Virus record (IMG/VR): IMGVR_UViG_3300025093_000001
DNA length: 64,000 nucleotides
Source of the DNA: a virus
Lineage: Duplodnaviria; Heunggongvirae; Uroviricota; Caudoviricetes
Direction: 5' to 3' (one strand)
Part shown: positions 47,800 through 57,567 of the stretch, one piece after another
Position numbering within the stretch: position 1 is the first letter of the stretch
Layout: each line of letters begins with the position of its first letter
The notes under the pieces: model-generated
Seen by the model: the letters and a program-made list of their open reading frames with translations, nothing else
Databases searched by the model: none
Told to the model about the DNA's origin: nothing
Made by a program: the position numbers and the translations under genes

Positions 47800-47845
47800 A
47801 CGTTATAAGAGAAAAACTTATAAAAAATACTTGCATGGTATTATA

Positions 47846-47853
47846 TTTTATCT
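47846..47853 (+). promoter_or_regulatory. Candidate Bacteroidetes-type -7 promoter box (TATATTTG) 12 nt upstream of the ATG at 47866
   Basis: Matches the TAnnTTTG consensus; position appropriate for a short leader. Confidence 0.3.
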
Positions 47854-47865
47854 TATATTTGTACT

Positions 47866-48084
47866 ATGATTTCAAAAGAGAATCAGAAAAGGTTCAGAAC
47901 AATTGGGGAACAAATCCTAGCCCAAATACAGTGGGAACGAGAAGAAGCTGATAGAAGGGAGAAGAAAAGAAGGAACTGTAATCACGAAGAGTATGACACC
48001 TACACAGAGTGTATTGATTATCACAAGAGAGACTTTGGTACATTTTGTAAAAACTGCGACGCTCTTTTAGATTCAAATGGATAA
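47866..48084 (+). CDS. Small Cys-rich (zinc-finger-like) protein
   Basis: CNHEEY...C...C..C pattern. Confidence 0.45.
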   Translation: MISKENQKRFRTIGEQILAQIQWEREEADRREKKRRNCNHEEYDTYTECIDYHKRDFGTFCKNCDALLDSNG

Positions 48085-48154
48085 TGCGGGGAGAATGAGT
48101 ATTCCAGCTGGTCTCATAAGCCAGCCTCCGTGGGTGCGACTCCCACCTCCGCAA
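48085..48154 (+). other. tRNA-like element (acceptor-like stem TGCGGGG/CTCCGCA, T-arm-like GTGGG-TGCGACT-CCCAC, 8-nt loop hairpin GCTGG-TCTCATAA-CCAGC) lacking a clear D-arm
   Basis: Stems read directly in an 83-bp gap between two + strand CDS. Confidence 0.25.
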
Positions 48155-48167
48155 CTAAAGAAAACAA

Positions 48168-48404
48168 ATGGGAAAACAAAGATATAAACTTAGAATACCT
48201 GCGGAAATTACGGACCAAGGGTATTTTACTCGAAGACCTAATCCCACAAGAATGCATACAGCTTATTATGAGGTGCATATTACAGAAGCCTCAGAGCTGA
48301 CCCCAGACGAATGGATGGCTATTGTAGATAAAATGGCTAACATTGGTGGGATGGGAAATCTGAGAGTAGAGAAGATTGGAGAGGAATATGATACTGAGGA
48401 ATAA
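48168..48404 (+). CDS. Hypothetical protein
   Basis: ORF. Confidence 0.45.
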   Translation: MGKQRYKLRIPAEITDQGYFTRRPNPTRMHTAYYEVHITEASELTPDEWMAIVDKMANIGGMGNLRVEKIGEEYDTEE

Positions 48405-48765
48405 ACAAGAGGTTAGCTTAAAGAATTTTTACAAGGAGTTCTTGAGTCATGTATCCAATAGTCTACCTTCTAATAGGAGATTGACTAAGATGGAGCTTGA
48501 AGTCTTGACTGAATTTTGGGCTCTTGAGGGTGAACTGGTAGAACTTGATAGGTTCTCTACCTCTGTTAAGAAACATATCAGAGAAAATGTCTTCAAGTTT
48601 AAGAATTATACTGGACTTGAAAACTACATAAGTCAACTGTATAAGAAGGGATATATAGTTAAAAAGGATGGAAAGAAGATAATCAATCCTAACTATGACC
48701 TTCCAAAAGAAAGAATTAGGAATCAAGGAAAGTTTACGTTAGTATATGAGTACGAGATTGCATGA
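48376..48765 (+). CDS. Hypothetical protein
   Basis: ORF. Confidence 0.45.
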   Translation: MERNMILRNKQEVSLKNFYKEFLSHVSNSLPSNRRLTKMELEVLTEFWALEGELVELDRFSTSVKKHIRENVFKFKNYTGLENYISQLYKKGYIVKKDGKKIINPNYDLPKERIRNQGKFTLVYEYEIA

Positions 48766-49052
48766 TAGATTTAAATAAACTAGCCGAAAACCTGGAATGG
48801 AGTGATAAGAAAGCAACCTACTTCTATCACTCCCTCTTTCAAATGATTTTGGAGGAGATGAAGAATCCTGAGATGAAGACGATTCATCTGCAGAACTTTG
48901 GTAAGTTCTATGTCAAAAAGAACAGGATTGATAAGGTGATACAAGCTTACATCAAACGTATCAGAAATGGTGAGGGAGATGAAGAGTATAACAAGGAAAG
49001 AATTAGAAGCTTATGGAAGGCTCGGCAAGGTAAAAGTTATAGAAGAATATGA
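48762..49052 (+). CDS. Hypothetical protein
   Basis: ORF with ATGA coupling. Confidence 0.45.
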   Translation: MIDLNKLAENLEWSDKKATYFYHSLFQMILEEMKNPEMKTIHLQNFGKFYVKKNRIDKVIQAYIKRIRNGEGDEEYNKERIRSLWKARQGKSYRRI

Positions 49053-49369
49053 TAGAGGTCAAGATGCTAGTTGATTTTTATGATGATGTTGAGGTAGAAA
49101 TAGAAGTTGAAAATGAAGAAGGTGAGTTGGTAACAGTTACGGAGACACAGGAAGTGATGGTCAAAAAGGATAAGGTAATCAAGAGGATGACTGAACCTTA
49201 TGCACTTTATCCAAGACAATGCTTTAAAAGAGATGGGTCTTTATATAGAGATCGAACAACTGTATATGATGACCTTACCAAGGAGGTATATGTAATTAAG
49301 GGTTCTTATAATAGTATTAAGAAGATGTTAGAAGGAGAATCCACTAAAGTAGGTTTTAAAAAACAATGA
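49049..49369 (+). CDS. Hypothetical protein
   Basis: ORF with coupling. Confidence 0.45.
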   Translation: MIEVKMLVDFYDDVEVEIEVENEEGELVTVTETQEVMVKKDKVIKRMTEPYALYPRQCFKRDGSLYRDRTTVYDDLTKEVYVIKGSYNSIKKMLEGESTKVGFKKQ

Positions 49370-49746
49370 TAAACACAATTGAAGATTTAGTAACAGCACT
49401 GAAACAACTCGAAGTAAGGGCGCACGCATGGGAGTGGAATACTGATAATGCAGCAGAGATTGATGCGATTGATGAATTCTATAACAGTCTACACTCCCAT
49501 CTCGAAGACTTCGTAATTCTATCTATTGGTAGATTCGGGCTGAAGGAAGAAGGAATAGGGTTCGAGGATTTGAGTTATCAGCCGTATTCTCAAGAGTATG
49601 TCGATTGGATATTAGAGAAGCTGGAAGAGTTTCTTATCAATCACTTAAAGAATCCACAAACAGATTTCACTCCAGAGTTGGAAGCTGTAATTGTGAAGAT
49701 GATTCGAGACATTACTAAGTTTAACTATGCAATGACTATTAGCTGA
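49366..49746 (+). CDS. Hypothetical protein
   Basis: ORF with coupling. Confidence 0.45.
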   Translation: MINTIEDLVTALKQLEVRAHAWEWNTDNAAEIDAIDEFYNSLHSHLEDFVILSIGRFGLKEEGIGFEDLSYQPYSQEYVDWILEKLEEFLINHLKNPQTDFTPELEAVIVKMIRDITKFNYAMTIS

Positions 49747-50036
49747 TGAAGTTATCAGACATTACATTAAAGAACGTAAAAGCATTCATCCAGGGCAATG
49801 CCAGACTATTAGGAGATAGGTTTGGAATGGTGGATAAGCATGTGCAGGAGCAAGTAGCTTGGAGAGCAACTTTGTGTACTGACTGTGCAGAAGCTGGAGA
49901 ATGTAAAGTATGCGGATGTTCTGTACCTGGAAAATGGTATGTGAATAAAAGCTGTAATGATGGAGAGAGATTCCCAGATATGATGGATGCTGAAACCTGG
50001 GAGAAGTATAAAAACGAAAACAATATAGAAATATGA
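49746..50036 (+). CDS. Small Cys-rich protein (possible zinc-binding)
   Basis: CTDCAEAGECKVCGCSVPGKWYVNKSC. Confidence 0.45.
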   Translation: MKLSDITLKNVKAFIQGNARLLGDRFGMVDKHVQEQVAWRATLCTDCAEAGECKVCGCSVPGKWYVNKSCNDGERFPDMMDAETWEKYKNENNIEI

Positions 50037-50425
50037 GTATTAGTGAAGATTTACCTATCAGTAGGTTAAGAGGAGACAAGTTGATTGTGCGTAGGTATGA
50101 ATATCCTAAGCAAACAGATTCAGGACTTATTTTACCTGACAGTTATCAAAAGTTGAAGGAAGATGTACATGTGACACACGACTTGCCAAAGTTTCAAAAC
50201 AGGGGAGAAATCATTGCTATTGGAGATGGTGTTGAGGATGGAGTTTATGCGTTAGGGGATGTTGTACATTTCCAACCTAACTTTTATACCCAAGCTATTT
50301 TTGATAAAAGTGACATGGGAATTATCTTAGACAAGAGTCCTTATGTAGACAACGCCGAGGTTATTGTAGATGCTACAAACGGCGTAGACTGGATTGAGAA
50401 AGTAGAATTAGCAAGTGCTGAATAA
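50033..50425 (+). CDS. GroES-like co-chaperonin (phage Gp31/Cpn10-like)
   Basis: GDKLIVRR...SGLILP...GEIIAIGDG...GDVVHF aligns with GroES R.IV.R...SGIVL...G.VLAVG.G...GD.V.F. Confidence 0.55.
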   Translation: MSISEDLPISRLRGDKLIVRRYEYPKQTDSGLILPDSYQKLKEDVHVTHDLPKFQNRGEIIAIGDGVEDGVYALGDVVHFQPNFYTQAIFDKSDMGIILDKSPYVDNAEVIVDATNGVDWIEKVELASAE

Positions 50426-51407
50426 GTTATTAGATATAGAGTTTTATAAACGGACGGGTCATGCAGTATTAGCTTGTGTGACCCTTCTGTATTTAACCGT
50501 AGCCTATATCTTTGGGGTGGATGTAAATATGAGTATCTTTGCAGACCTCACAATTATAGCAGGTTCCTTGGTATTGTTACCAAGAATTAAATTGAGTGGA
50601 GTAGAAAGTTCCTCTCGTCTTGATAGAAATATCTTCGGGTATTTCTTTTTAGGTATTATAGTATTTGTGGCAATAGGAGACTCTCACGGATTCCTCTCCT
50701 TGCCAAAGGATTCAAAGGTTGAGTTCTTTAGTATTATCGCACAAATATGTATGGTTCTTTTCGGAGTATCTAAGTTTGAGGTATCACGAAATGCCATTGA
50801 ATCCGTAAAGGATGCTCTCAACTGGAGAAGAGGATACGCATCCATGATGTCCTCTTATTATGAGGACGTGTCCAATGGTGTTGAGGTAGATGAACCAGAG
50901 GCAGAGAAAGCACAGGTTAAATTGGAGAAAGAAACTGCTGAGATGGCAGAGGGAGTCCCACAAGGTAACCTACTCGCAGCTATGCAGAAGTATAGAGGAA
51001 TGTGTGAGATTAAAGGTGCTGGACATAATAAGAAATTGATTAAGTTAGCTAAGATGGCTGGCTTTGATTGGTACAATAAGGATGAAATTCCTTGGTGTGC
51101 CGTGATGATGAATATCTGTTGTATGATTGCAGGTGTAAGGGGAACTCAATCCGCTATGGCTAAGAGCTTCTTAAGATGGGGACGAGAAGTCTCACTTGAA
51201 GAAGCTAGGAAGAATATAGGTAGAGTAATTGCTGTATTCCATAGAGGCGAGAGTTCCAAAGACCCGTCTGGGCATGTAACTGCTGTAGAGGCTATTGCTC
51301 CTGATGGAAAGAGTATTATTGGTATTGGTGGTAATCAGGGAGACTGTGTAAAGAGCTCTAAGATGCGAATTGATACTTGGAGATTTATTTCATTTAGAAT
51401 GATATGA
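50415..51407 (+). CDS. Membrane-anchored TIGR02594-like (CHAP/NlpC-P60-like papain-fold) putative cell-wall hydrolase
   Basis: N-terminal TM helices; C-terminal NKKLIKLAKMAGFDWYNKDEIPWCAVMMN...SGHVTAVEAI with conserved Cys and His. Confidence 0.45.
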   Translation: MLNKLLDIEFYKRTGHAVLACVTLLYLTVAYIFGVDVNMSIFADLTIIAGSLVLLPRIKLSGVESSSRLDRNIFGYFFLGIIVFVAIGDSHGFLSLPKDSKVEFFSIIAQICMVLFGVSKFEVSRNAIESVKDALNWRRGYASMMSSYYEDVSNGVEVDEPEAEKAQVKLEKETAEMAEGVPQGNLLAAMQKYRGMCEIKGAGHNKKLIKLAKMAGFDWYNKDEIPWCAVMMNICCMIAGVRGTQSAMAKSFLRWGREVSLEEARKNIGRVIAVFHRGESSKDPSGHVTAVEAIAPDGKSIIGIGGNQGDCVKSSKMRIDTWRFISFRMI

Positions 51408-51892
51408 TAGGAGTATATTTGTTTTTAGGAGTATTATTAAGTAGTCTACTTCACATTTATGTAGAGGCTAGATTGGACAAAGCCACCAGAGATAGGGGAG
51501 AATCAGTTAATCATGTACTTGGAGCATCCATTTATTTGATAATGGCGTTACTATTAGGGGTAGTAGTAAAAGACCATACTAACATTCTTACAGGTATAAT
51601 GGGAGCTATTACTTCACTGTCAACGAGATTACTATTCTTTGACCAGATATATAATACCCTGACTGGTAAGCCAAGATGGTACAGAGGTACTGTATCTTGG
51701 TGGGACACTAAATTTTATATTCCAAGGATTCCTAGATATGCTATCTTTTTCTTGAGTACACTATTCTTTGTAGATAGACTTTATGAGATTTATGGAGATG
51801 TAGTATCATGGACATTGGCAGGAATGGTTGCATTAGGAGCTATACTTGGAATGATTGTACATTCAGTAAGACAATTAAATGGAAGAGATTGA
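51404..51892 (+). CDS. Integral membrane protein (holin-like or lysis accessory candidate)
   Basis: Four hydrophobic helices; directly follows the hydrolase. Confidence 0.45.
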   Translation: MIGVYLFLGVLLSSLLHIYVEARLDKATRDRGESVNHVLGASIYLIMALLLGVVVKDHTNILTGIMGAITSLSTRLLFFDQIYNTLTGKPRWYRGTVSWWDTKFYIPRIPRYAIFFLSTLFFVDRLYEIYGDVVSWTLAGMVALGAILGMIVHSVRQLNGRD

Positions 51893-52148
51893 TAAAATGG
51901 TAACGCCAATTAGTAAGGCGATATTAAGAGTAGCTGTATCAGTGTTTCTGATATTCTTAGGATATGCAGTAGTATTGACAGCAAAGAGACCTGTGGTTCC
52001 ACCACAGATAATTGTACCAAAGACATATGATGAAAACGAAAGGAAAATTGTTCAAAAAATGGATAGCATTAGTAAGCTTCCTGTTGATAAGCAGCGTGAG
52101 TTATTCAATGAACTCACAGAGGAATACAGGTCAAGATACCTTGACTGA
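51879..52148 (+). CDS. Small membrane-anchored protein
   Basis: N-terminal TM helix. Confidence 0.35.
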   Translation: MEEIDKMVTPISKAILRVAVSVFLIFLGYAVVLTAKRPVVPPQIIVPKTYDENERKIVQKMDSISKLPVDKQRELFNELTEEYRSRYLD

Positions 52149-52419
52149 TGCATATATCAGCCACATACCTGATACTACTATACACGTTCCTACTGTTGCT
52201 GATAGTATGCTCCTGCCTTGTATTGATTGCTTTCTACGCATTCAGGCTATTGAGGCGGATAAGCAAGCGTGTATTAAAGATAATCTTAGATTAGAGATTG
52301 AGAATGCAGCTTTGTTCACAGACAAGGTTACATTAGAGATGAAATTACGAAGAACTAGAAGAATTGCTGTTGGCCTCGGAGTAGGCGTAGCAACTACAGG
52401 ATATTTATTACTTAGATGA
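52012..52419 (+). CDS. Small protein with C-terminal TM helix (spanin-like candidate). The true start is probably an internal Met near 52207; the 5' part overlaps 51879..52148 in another frame
   Basis: C-terminal IAVGLGVGVATTGYLLL; K-rich N-terminus looks out-of-frame. Confidence 0.3.
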   Translation: MYQRHMMKTKGKLFKKWIALVSFLLISSVSYSMNSQRNTGQDTLTDAYISHIPDTTIHVPTVADSMLLPCIDCFLRIQAIEADKQACIKDNLRLEIENAALFTDKVTLEMKLRRTRRIAVGLGVGVATTGYLLLR

Positions 52420-52952
52420 TATTTGACTTAGTAGATAACGAACCGAAGATAACAATTGAAGGTATACATATACCAGAACTAAAGGAAGTGTGGGAGGCTG
52501 ATGAGACCCCAGAAAAACTCAGAGCCTCTCAACTGCTTCCGTATATTTATCATATGTCAGATTATAAATCTGTGTATGCTAAGTTAGAAACGGAGACAAG
52601 GAAGAAACAAGTAGAAGAAGACTACTTAAAACTTCCCTTGAATGAGCAGGAGCAAGCTATGGTAGATGCAGCTATTGAGAAGTATATGCAACTACAGGAG
52701 ACTCCAGCAATGAGATTACTTAATGGGGCTGAGCATGCAATGAATAAACTGACTCAGTATTTCTATACAGTTGATTTTACTGAAAGAGATATGCAGGGAA
52801 GACCAGTTCATTCAGCTAAAGATGTAACAGCTAACATTGATAAACTAGGTAAGATTGTTATCTCACTTAGAGAATTACGAAAAGAAGTTGAACGGGAACA
52901 AGCTACAACCAAGAAGATAAGAAGGAATGTAGTTCCATCACAAATACTATAA
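52416..52952 (+). CDS. Candidate small terminase subunit (by position)
   Basis: 178-aa helical protein immediately upstream of the large terminase candidate. Confidence 0.3.
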   Translation: MIFDLVDNEPKITIEGIHIPELKEVWEADETPEKLRASQLLPYIYHMSDYKSVYAKLETETRKKQVEEDYLKLPLNEQEQAMVDAAIEKYMQLQETPAMRLLNGAEHAMNKLTQYFYTVDFTERDMQGRPVHSAKDVTANIDKLGKIVISLRELRKEVEREQATTKKIRRNVVPSQIL

Positions 52953-52953
52953 T

Positions 52954-55119
52954 ATGTACGACCCTACCGTAGCGTATAAAATTGAAGATGAAAAAAGCAG
53001 AATACCAGAAGAAGTTCACAACCAAGTTTCTGAACTCTCCCTCTATAATCCTGTGCGTAACCTGGGATTTGATTATCTTTTCTTTACTGACAGTTCGGTA
53101 TTCCGTCCTGCAGCAAATGCCTTCGAGGAAAATGAAAGAAATGGAAACCCATGCTACACAACAGCTATTCCAGGGACTACACAATACAGAAGATTCTGGG
53201 AAAAGGAACTTGACAGATGCATCAACGGATATACCGTCGGCGGGGTCAGGATTACAGGAGAACACTATTTCTATTTAAATTATGGAAGAATTGAAAAGAG
53301 AACAGAGAGAAAGGATGGAACAATCACAAAGACTGAGGAGTTTCCCGACTTCTTGTCTATGGATTACTACTGGTTCCTTACTTTGGAACGTGCAGAAAAC
53401 CCAGTCAAGTATGGACGCTCGCACATGGACAAAAGAGGAATCATCATGGCAAAAGCCCGTAGAAAGGGTTGGTCGTTCAAAAACGCAGCTGGTGCTGCTT
53501 GGATTTACACGTTTTTTGAAAAGTCTAGGGTTGTTATAGCATCTGAACTAGAAGAGAAAGCACTTAACACTTTCTCAATGTTCAAGACGATGCTGAACCA
53601 TTTGAATAAATATACTGAGTTCAGACATCCAACACTTAAGGATACACAGACATTCATTAGGTCAGGATGGATTGAGACAAAGAATGGACAAGATGTTGAG
53701 GAGGGTTATAAGTCTGAAGTCTTCATTTTAACTCTTAAGGATAAACCAGACAAGGCAGCAGGTCTGTCATGTACTAGACTAATCTTTGAAGAGGCGGGAC
53801 TTATCCATCATCTCAAGAAAGCATTTAGATTCGCGGAACCTACAATGCGAGATGGTAAATATTGGGTTGGAATTCCTATTGTGTTTGGTACAGGTGGAGA
53901 TATGGAAGGTGCAACTCAAGACTTCTCTGAAATGTTCTTAGACCCACAACCATTCAACTTGGAGAGATATGACAATATCTATGAGTTGCATGAGATGCAG
54001 ACCAAGTGTGGATACTTCGTAGATGAGATGTGGTATAGACCAGGATGCTCCTATGTAGATGAAAAGGGTGAGATACATTGGTCAGTAGATGACAATGGTA
54101 ATGCTAATAGGTGGGTTGCAGAACTTGACCTTGATGAGGAGAGGGTAAATGCCCTTGGTTCCTCTAAAACAGATTATGACGTACTTATCACTCAAAAGTG
54201 TAAGACTCCTTCAGAAGCATTCTTAACACCTGAAGGTAACGTATTCCCAGTAGCTGAATTGAAAGCTATAGAATTACGTCTAAGAAAGAATGATAGATAT
54301 AAGAAGATTGGAACTCCAGGTATACTAGAGTGGGGTAGAGAAGACACAAGACCTGTGGTATTTAAACCTCGTCCAGACCTGACTCCAAACTACTACTATC
54401 CATTCAAACAGAGTGTAAAGGCTGAGGGTGCAGTGGTAATATACCAATCACCACCAGAGGAACAATATCCTTCTAGTCTTTACAAGATAGGATATGACCC
54501 CGTTAAATTTGATATTGTGAACGGGAAGTCAGTATTTAAATCGTTAGCCTCTATATATGTGTATAAGAGTCTCCAGAAATTTGAGTATGGATACGATGAG
54601 ATTGTAGCAGAATATACAGGTAGGTATGAAGATACTGACCAGATAAATGAGATTGCCCTTAAGCTTTCTCTGTATTATGGTAATGCCAAGATAATGCATG
54701 AGAATGAAATTGGAAAGGATGTAATCTCTTACTTTAAGAGGAAGGGTAAGCTTCACTTGTTGGAGCATCAACCAGATTCGGCTATAGGCAGGGTTATTAG
54801 AAACTCTAAGGTGACAAGACCATACGGTTCACCTATGAATGATAAGATGAAAGCTGCTTGTGAGAAATGGGCTCTTAATTGGATGTGGACTGAAAGAGGA
54901 CACAATGAAGACGGAGAGAAGGTATACAACATGGATTTAATTCCATCCTTAGGATTGATTCAGGAGCTGAAGGCATACAACAGGGATGGGAACTTTGACC
55001 GTGTGATGGCATTCTTCCAACTAATGTTGGTCGTAGAAGAATACAAAGAGGTGGAAGTTGCAAAGACTGAAACCAATCCAATCGCCAAGCAATTATTAGA
55101 AAGACATGCAAGAAAATAA
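52954..55119 (+). CDS. Candidate terminase large subunit
   Basis: 721 aa; first large gene of the morphogenesis block; deviant Walker A-like AKARRKGWS near residue 165 and hhhhSELEE Walker B-like segment. Assignment rests mainly on order and size. Confidence 0.45.
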   Translation: MYDPTVAYKIEDEKSRIPEEVHNQVSELSLYNPVRNLGFDYLFFTDSSVFRPAANAFEENERNGNPCYTTAIPGTTQYRRFWEKELDRCINGYTVGGVRITGEHYFYLNYGRIEKRTERKDGTITKTEEFPDFLSMDYYWFLTLERAENPVKYGRSHMDKRGIIMAKARRKGWSFKNAAGAAWIYTFFEKSRVVIASELEEKALNTFSMFKTMLNHLNKYTEFRHPTLKDTQTFIRSGWIETKNGQDVEEGYKSEVFILTLKDKPDKAAGLSCTRLIFEEAGLIHHLKKAFRFAEPTMRDGKYWVGIPIVFGTGGDMEGATQDFSEMFLDPQPFNLERYDNIYELHEMQTKCGYFVDEMWYRPGCSYVDEKGEIHWSVDDNGNANRWVAELDLDEERVNALGSSKTDYDVLITQKCKTPSEAFLTPEGNVFPVAELKAIELRLRKNDRYKKIGTPGILEWGREDTRPVVFKPRPDLTPNYYYPFKQSVKAEGAVVIYQSPPEEQYPSSLYKIGYDPVKFDIVNGKSVFKSLASIYVYKSLQKFEYGYDEIVAEYTGRYEDTDQINEIALKLSLYYGNAKIMHENEIGKDVISYFKRKGKLHLLEHQPDSAIGRVIRNSKVTRPYGSPMNDKMKAACEKWALNWMWTERGHNEDGEKVYNMDLIPSLGLIQELKAYNRDGNFDRVMAFFQLMLVVEEYKEVEVAKTETNPIAKQLLERHARK

Positions 55120-57505
55120 AGAAACACCAAAGATGTACAGGGAGAGAGTCTCAAAGGGACTAAAGACAAAAGGGTGGCACGTTGCCAGAGCCCAGGAGAT
55201 TGACTCTACCTCCAGCTTTGATTATTTGTATGATAAGGATTCTGTTAACTATGACTTAGTAAATGGTATCCTTAATCAGGCAGACTTTGAATATGTGACA
55301 AAACCTTATGGTATTGCTCCAAAGGCTCACCTGCCAGAAGAGATGCAAAGTTTCCCAATCCTAACCAATAACATCAAATATTTGGAAGGGGAACTTCTAA
55401 AGAGACCTCGTAACAATAGAGTGACTGCAGTTAATGCTGAAGCCATTTCTGAGTTCTCTAAGAAGAAAGCTGAATTAGTATCTCAATTTGTAATCTCTGA
55501 GATTAAGAAAGCTCGTCTGCAAGAACAGATGGAGCAGAATCCAAATATGACTGAAGAGCAGCTCGCGGAACTTGAGCAGCAAATCATGTCACCAGAAGAA
55601 ATTGAAAAGTATATGAGGACTGATTTCAGAGACTCATATGAAACATTAGGAAAAGAAATCTTAGGATATCTGGACCGCAAACTGCATATTAAACAACTGG
55701 AAAGGACTGCGTGGATGCATGGTCTTATTTCAGGACGTGAGATTTATTATGTAGGTATTGAAAATAAGAATCCAATTTTGAGAGTAATCAATCCTCTCAG
55801 GTTTGACTGTGACCTAGACCCAGACCTTATTTTCATTCATGATGCTGAATGGGCAAGAACAGTTGACTTTATGTCTCCTTCAAGAGTAGTAACTCTATAT
55901 GGTGACCACCTGACTAAACAGGAGATTAACATGTTATATGAGAGAGGTCGTAAGGGTAGTGCAGCAAGAACACAGGTAGATGATAAGTGGGAGTTTGAAT
56001 CTGACATCTCTGATTGGGATTTGAATGATAACCACGATGAGTATGTATCTGACAATAAATTAGAAGTAGTACATTATGTCTGGAGAAGTTGGTACAAAGT
56101 TGGTTTCCTTACATTCATTGATGAAGAGGGTATGGAACAAACTATGCAAGTTCCTGAAGGATATACTCTCAATAAAGACAGGGGTGATATTCATATTGAG
56201 TGGGAATGGTGGCCAGAAATTAGAGAGATAACTCGTATTGATAATGATATTTGGATTAAGGATGGAGTACTTGAAGATACTCCTAAAGACCCAGATGACC
56301 CTTATTACTGTCCACTACCTTATACTGGTGTATTACATAATAACCTGAACTCTAAAATTACTGGTCCAGTAGACTTAATGAAGCCTTTCCAGTACTTCTA
56401 TGACATTGTACATAGAATGGTACAAAGGGATTTAAGTTCTGATAAGGGGAGAAAATTGGTTGCTAACATTAATCAGATTCCTGTATCAATGGGAATTGAC
56501 TTAGATAAGTGGCAACACTATCTTGAGGTTGATGATATCATTTGGGTAAACCCTAATGAAGAAGGTAATCAAGGTGCTGACCTTAACTCATGGAAGAATA
56601 TTGATATGACTGCAGCCCAGTCTATTGATAAGAAGGTACAGTTACTAGAATATATTGAGAGACAATGTTCCAAAGTGATTGGTATGAATGATGCCAGATT
56701 GGGACAACAAGGAGGTAGAGAGCTTGTAGGTACTACACAACAACAGATTCTACAGTCTAATTATGCAACAGAACCTTGGTTTGCTACTCACGAGTTGGGT
56801 AAGAAAGCTGCTTTGGAACTGTTACTTAATATGGCTAAGAACTGTTATCATAAGTATCCAAAGACTCACTTGGCTTATACACTCTCAGACCTTTCTAGAA
56901 AAGTAGTAGAGATGGACGTAGATAAACTTCCATTCTGCCACTTCTCAGTGTTTATCTCAGACTCATCTGATGATATGCGTATGTATGAGGAGCTTAAGCA
57001 AATTGCTCATGCTGCAGTACAAACACAATCTGCAACACTCTCTACCATTGCTACTATGATTAGAGCTAACGCATCTCCTGGAGAGCTTATTGAAACACTT
57101 AAGGAAGGTGAAGAAAGAATGCAGCAAATTCAAGCACAACAAGGACAACAGGAACTTGAGCAGACTAAGATGATTGAGGAAGCCAAGCAACAGTTAGAGA
57201 TGATGAAGCTTGAACTTGAGAAGTATAAGATTGATATGGATAATGCTACTAGAGTTGAAGTGGCTAAGATTGGAGCATTTAAGTTCCAAGAAGACCTGGA
57301 CTCTGATGGAAACAATATTCCTGACCCACTTGAGATTGCTAAGTTTGAGGAAGAAGCTAATATGAAGAGAGAAGAATTAGCCCTTAAAGCTACAGAGATG
57401 CAACAGAAGATGGATATTGAGTTAGAGAAACTTAGAGTTAAAGAAGAAGAGATTAAGTCTAAGGAAAAGATAGCTAGGTCAAAACCTAAGCCAACTTCGA
57501 AATAG
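55106..57505 (+). CDS. Candidate portal protein
   Basis: 799 aa; follows the terminase candidate; C-terminal coiled-coil/Lys-rich extension. Confidence 0.45.
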   Translation: MQENKETPKMYRERVSKGLKTKGWHVARAQEIDSTSSFDYLYDKDSVNYDLVNGILNQADFEYVTKPYGIAPKAHLPEEMQSFPILTNNIKYLEGELLKRPRNNRVTAVNAEAISEFSKKKAELVSQFVISEIKKARLQEQMEQNPNMTEEQLAELEQQIMSPEEIEKYMRTDFRDSYETLGKEILGYLDRKLHIKQLERTAWMHGLISGREIYYVGIENKNPILRVINPLRFDCDLDPDLIFIHDAEWARTVDFMSPSRVVTLYGDHLTKQEINMLYERGRKGSAARTQVDDKWEFESDISDWDLNDNHDEYVSDNKLEVVHYVWRSWYKVGFLTFIDEEGMEQTMQVPEGYTLNKDRGDIHIEWEWWPEIREITRIDNDIWIKDGVLEDTPKDPDDPYYCPLPYTGVLHNNLNSKITGPVDLMKPFQYFYDIVHRMVQRDLSSDKGRKLVANINQIPVSMGIDLDKWQHYLEVDDIIWVNPNEEGNQGADLNSWKNIDMTAAQSIDKKVQLLEYIERQCSKVIGMNDARLGQQGGRELVGTTQQQILQSNYATEPWFATHELGKKAALELLLNMAKNCYHKYPKTHLAYTLSDLSRKVVEMDVDKLPFCHFSVFISDSSDDMRMYEELKQIAHAAVQTQSATLSTIATMIRANASPGELIETLKEGEERMQQIQAQQGQQELEQTKMIEEAKQQLEMMKLELEKYKIDMDNATRVEVAKIGAFKFQEDLDSDGNNIPDPLEIAKFEEEANMKREELALKATEMQQKMDIELEKLRVKEEEIKSKEKIARSKPKPTSK

Positions 57506-57567
57506 CTATACATCCAAAAACTTTAAACAAAAAAAATTTGTAAATATAAATAATAAAACTTATAATT

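Noticed and set aside
47742-47951. 69-aa + ORF
   Set aside because: A strong rho-independent terminator (47778..47799) and the promoter box for the next gene lie inside it.
55483-57513. Several 65 to 127-aa minus ORFs inside the portal gene
   Set aside because: Antisense Ser/Cys-rich low-complexity translations of a long + strand CDS.
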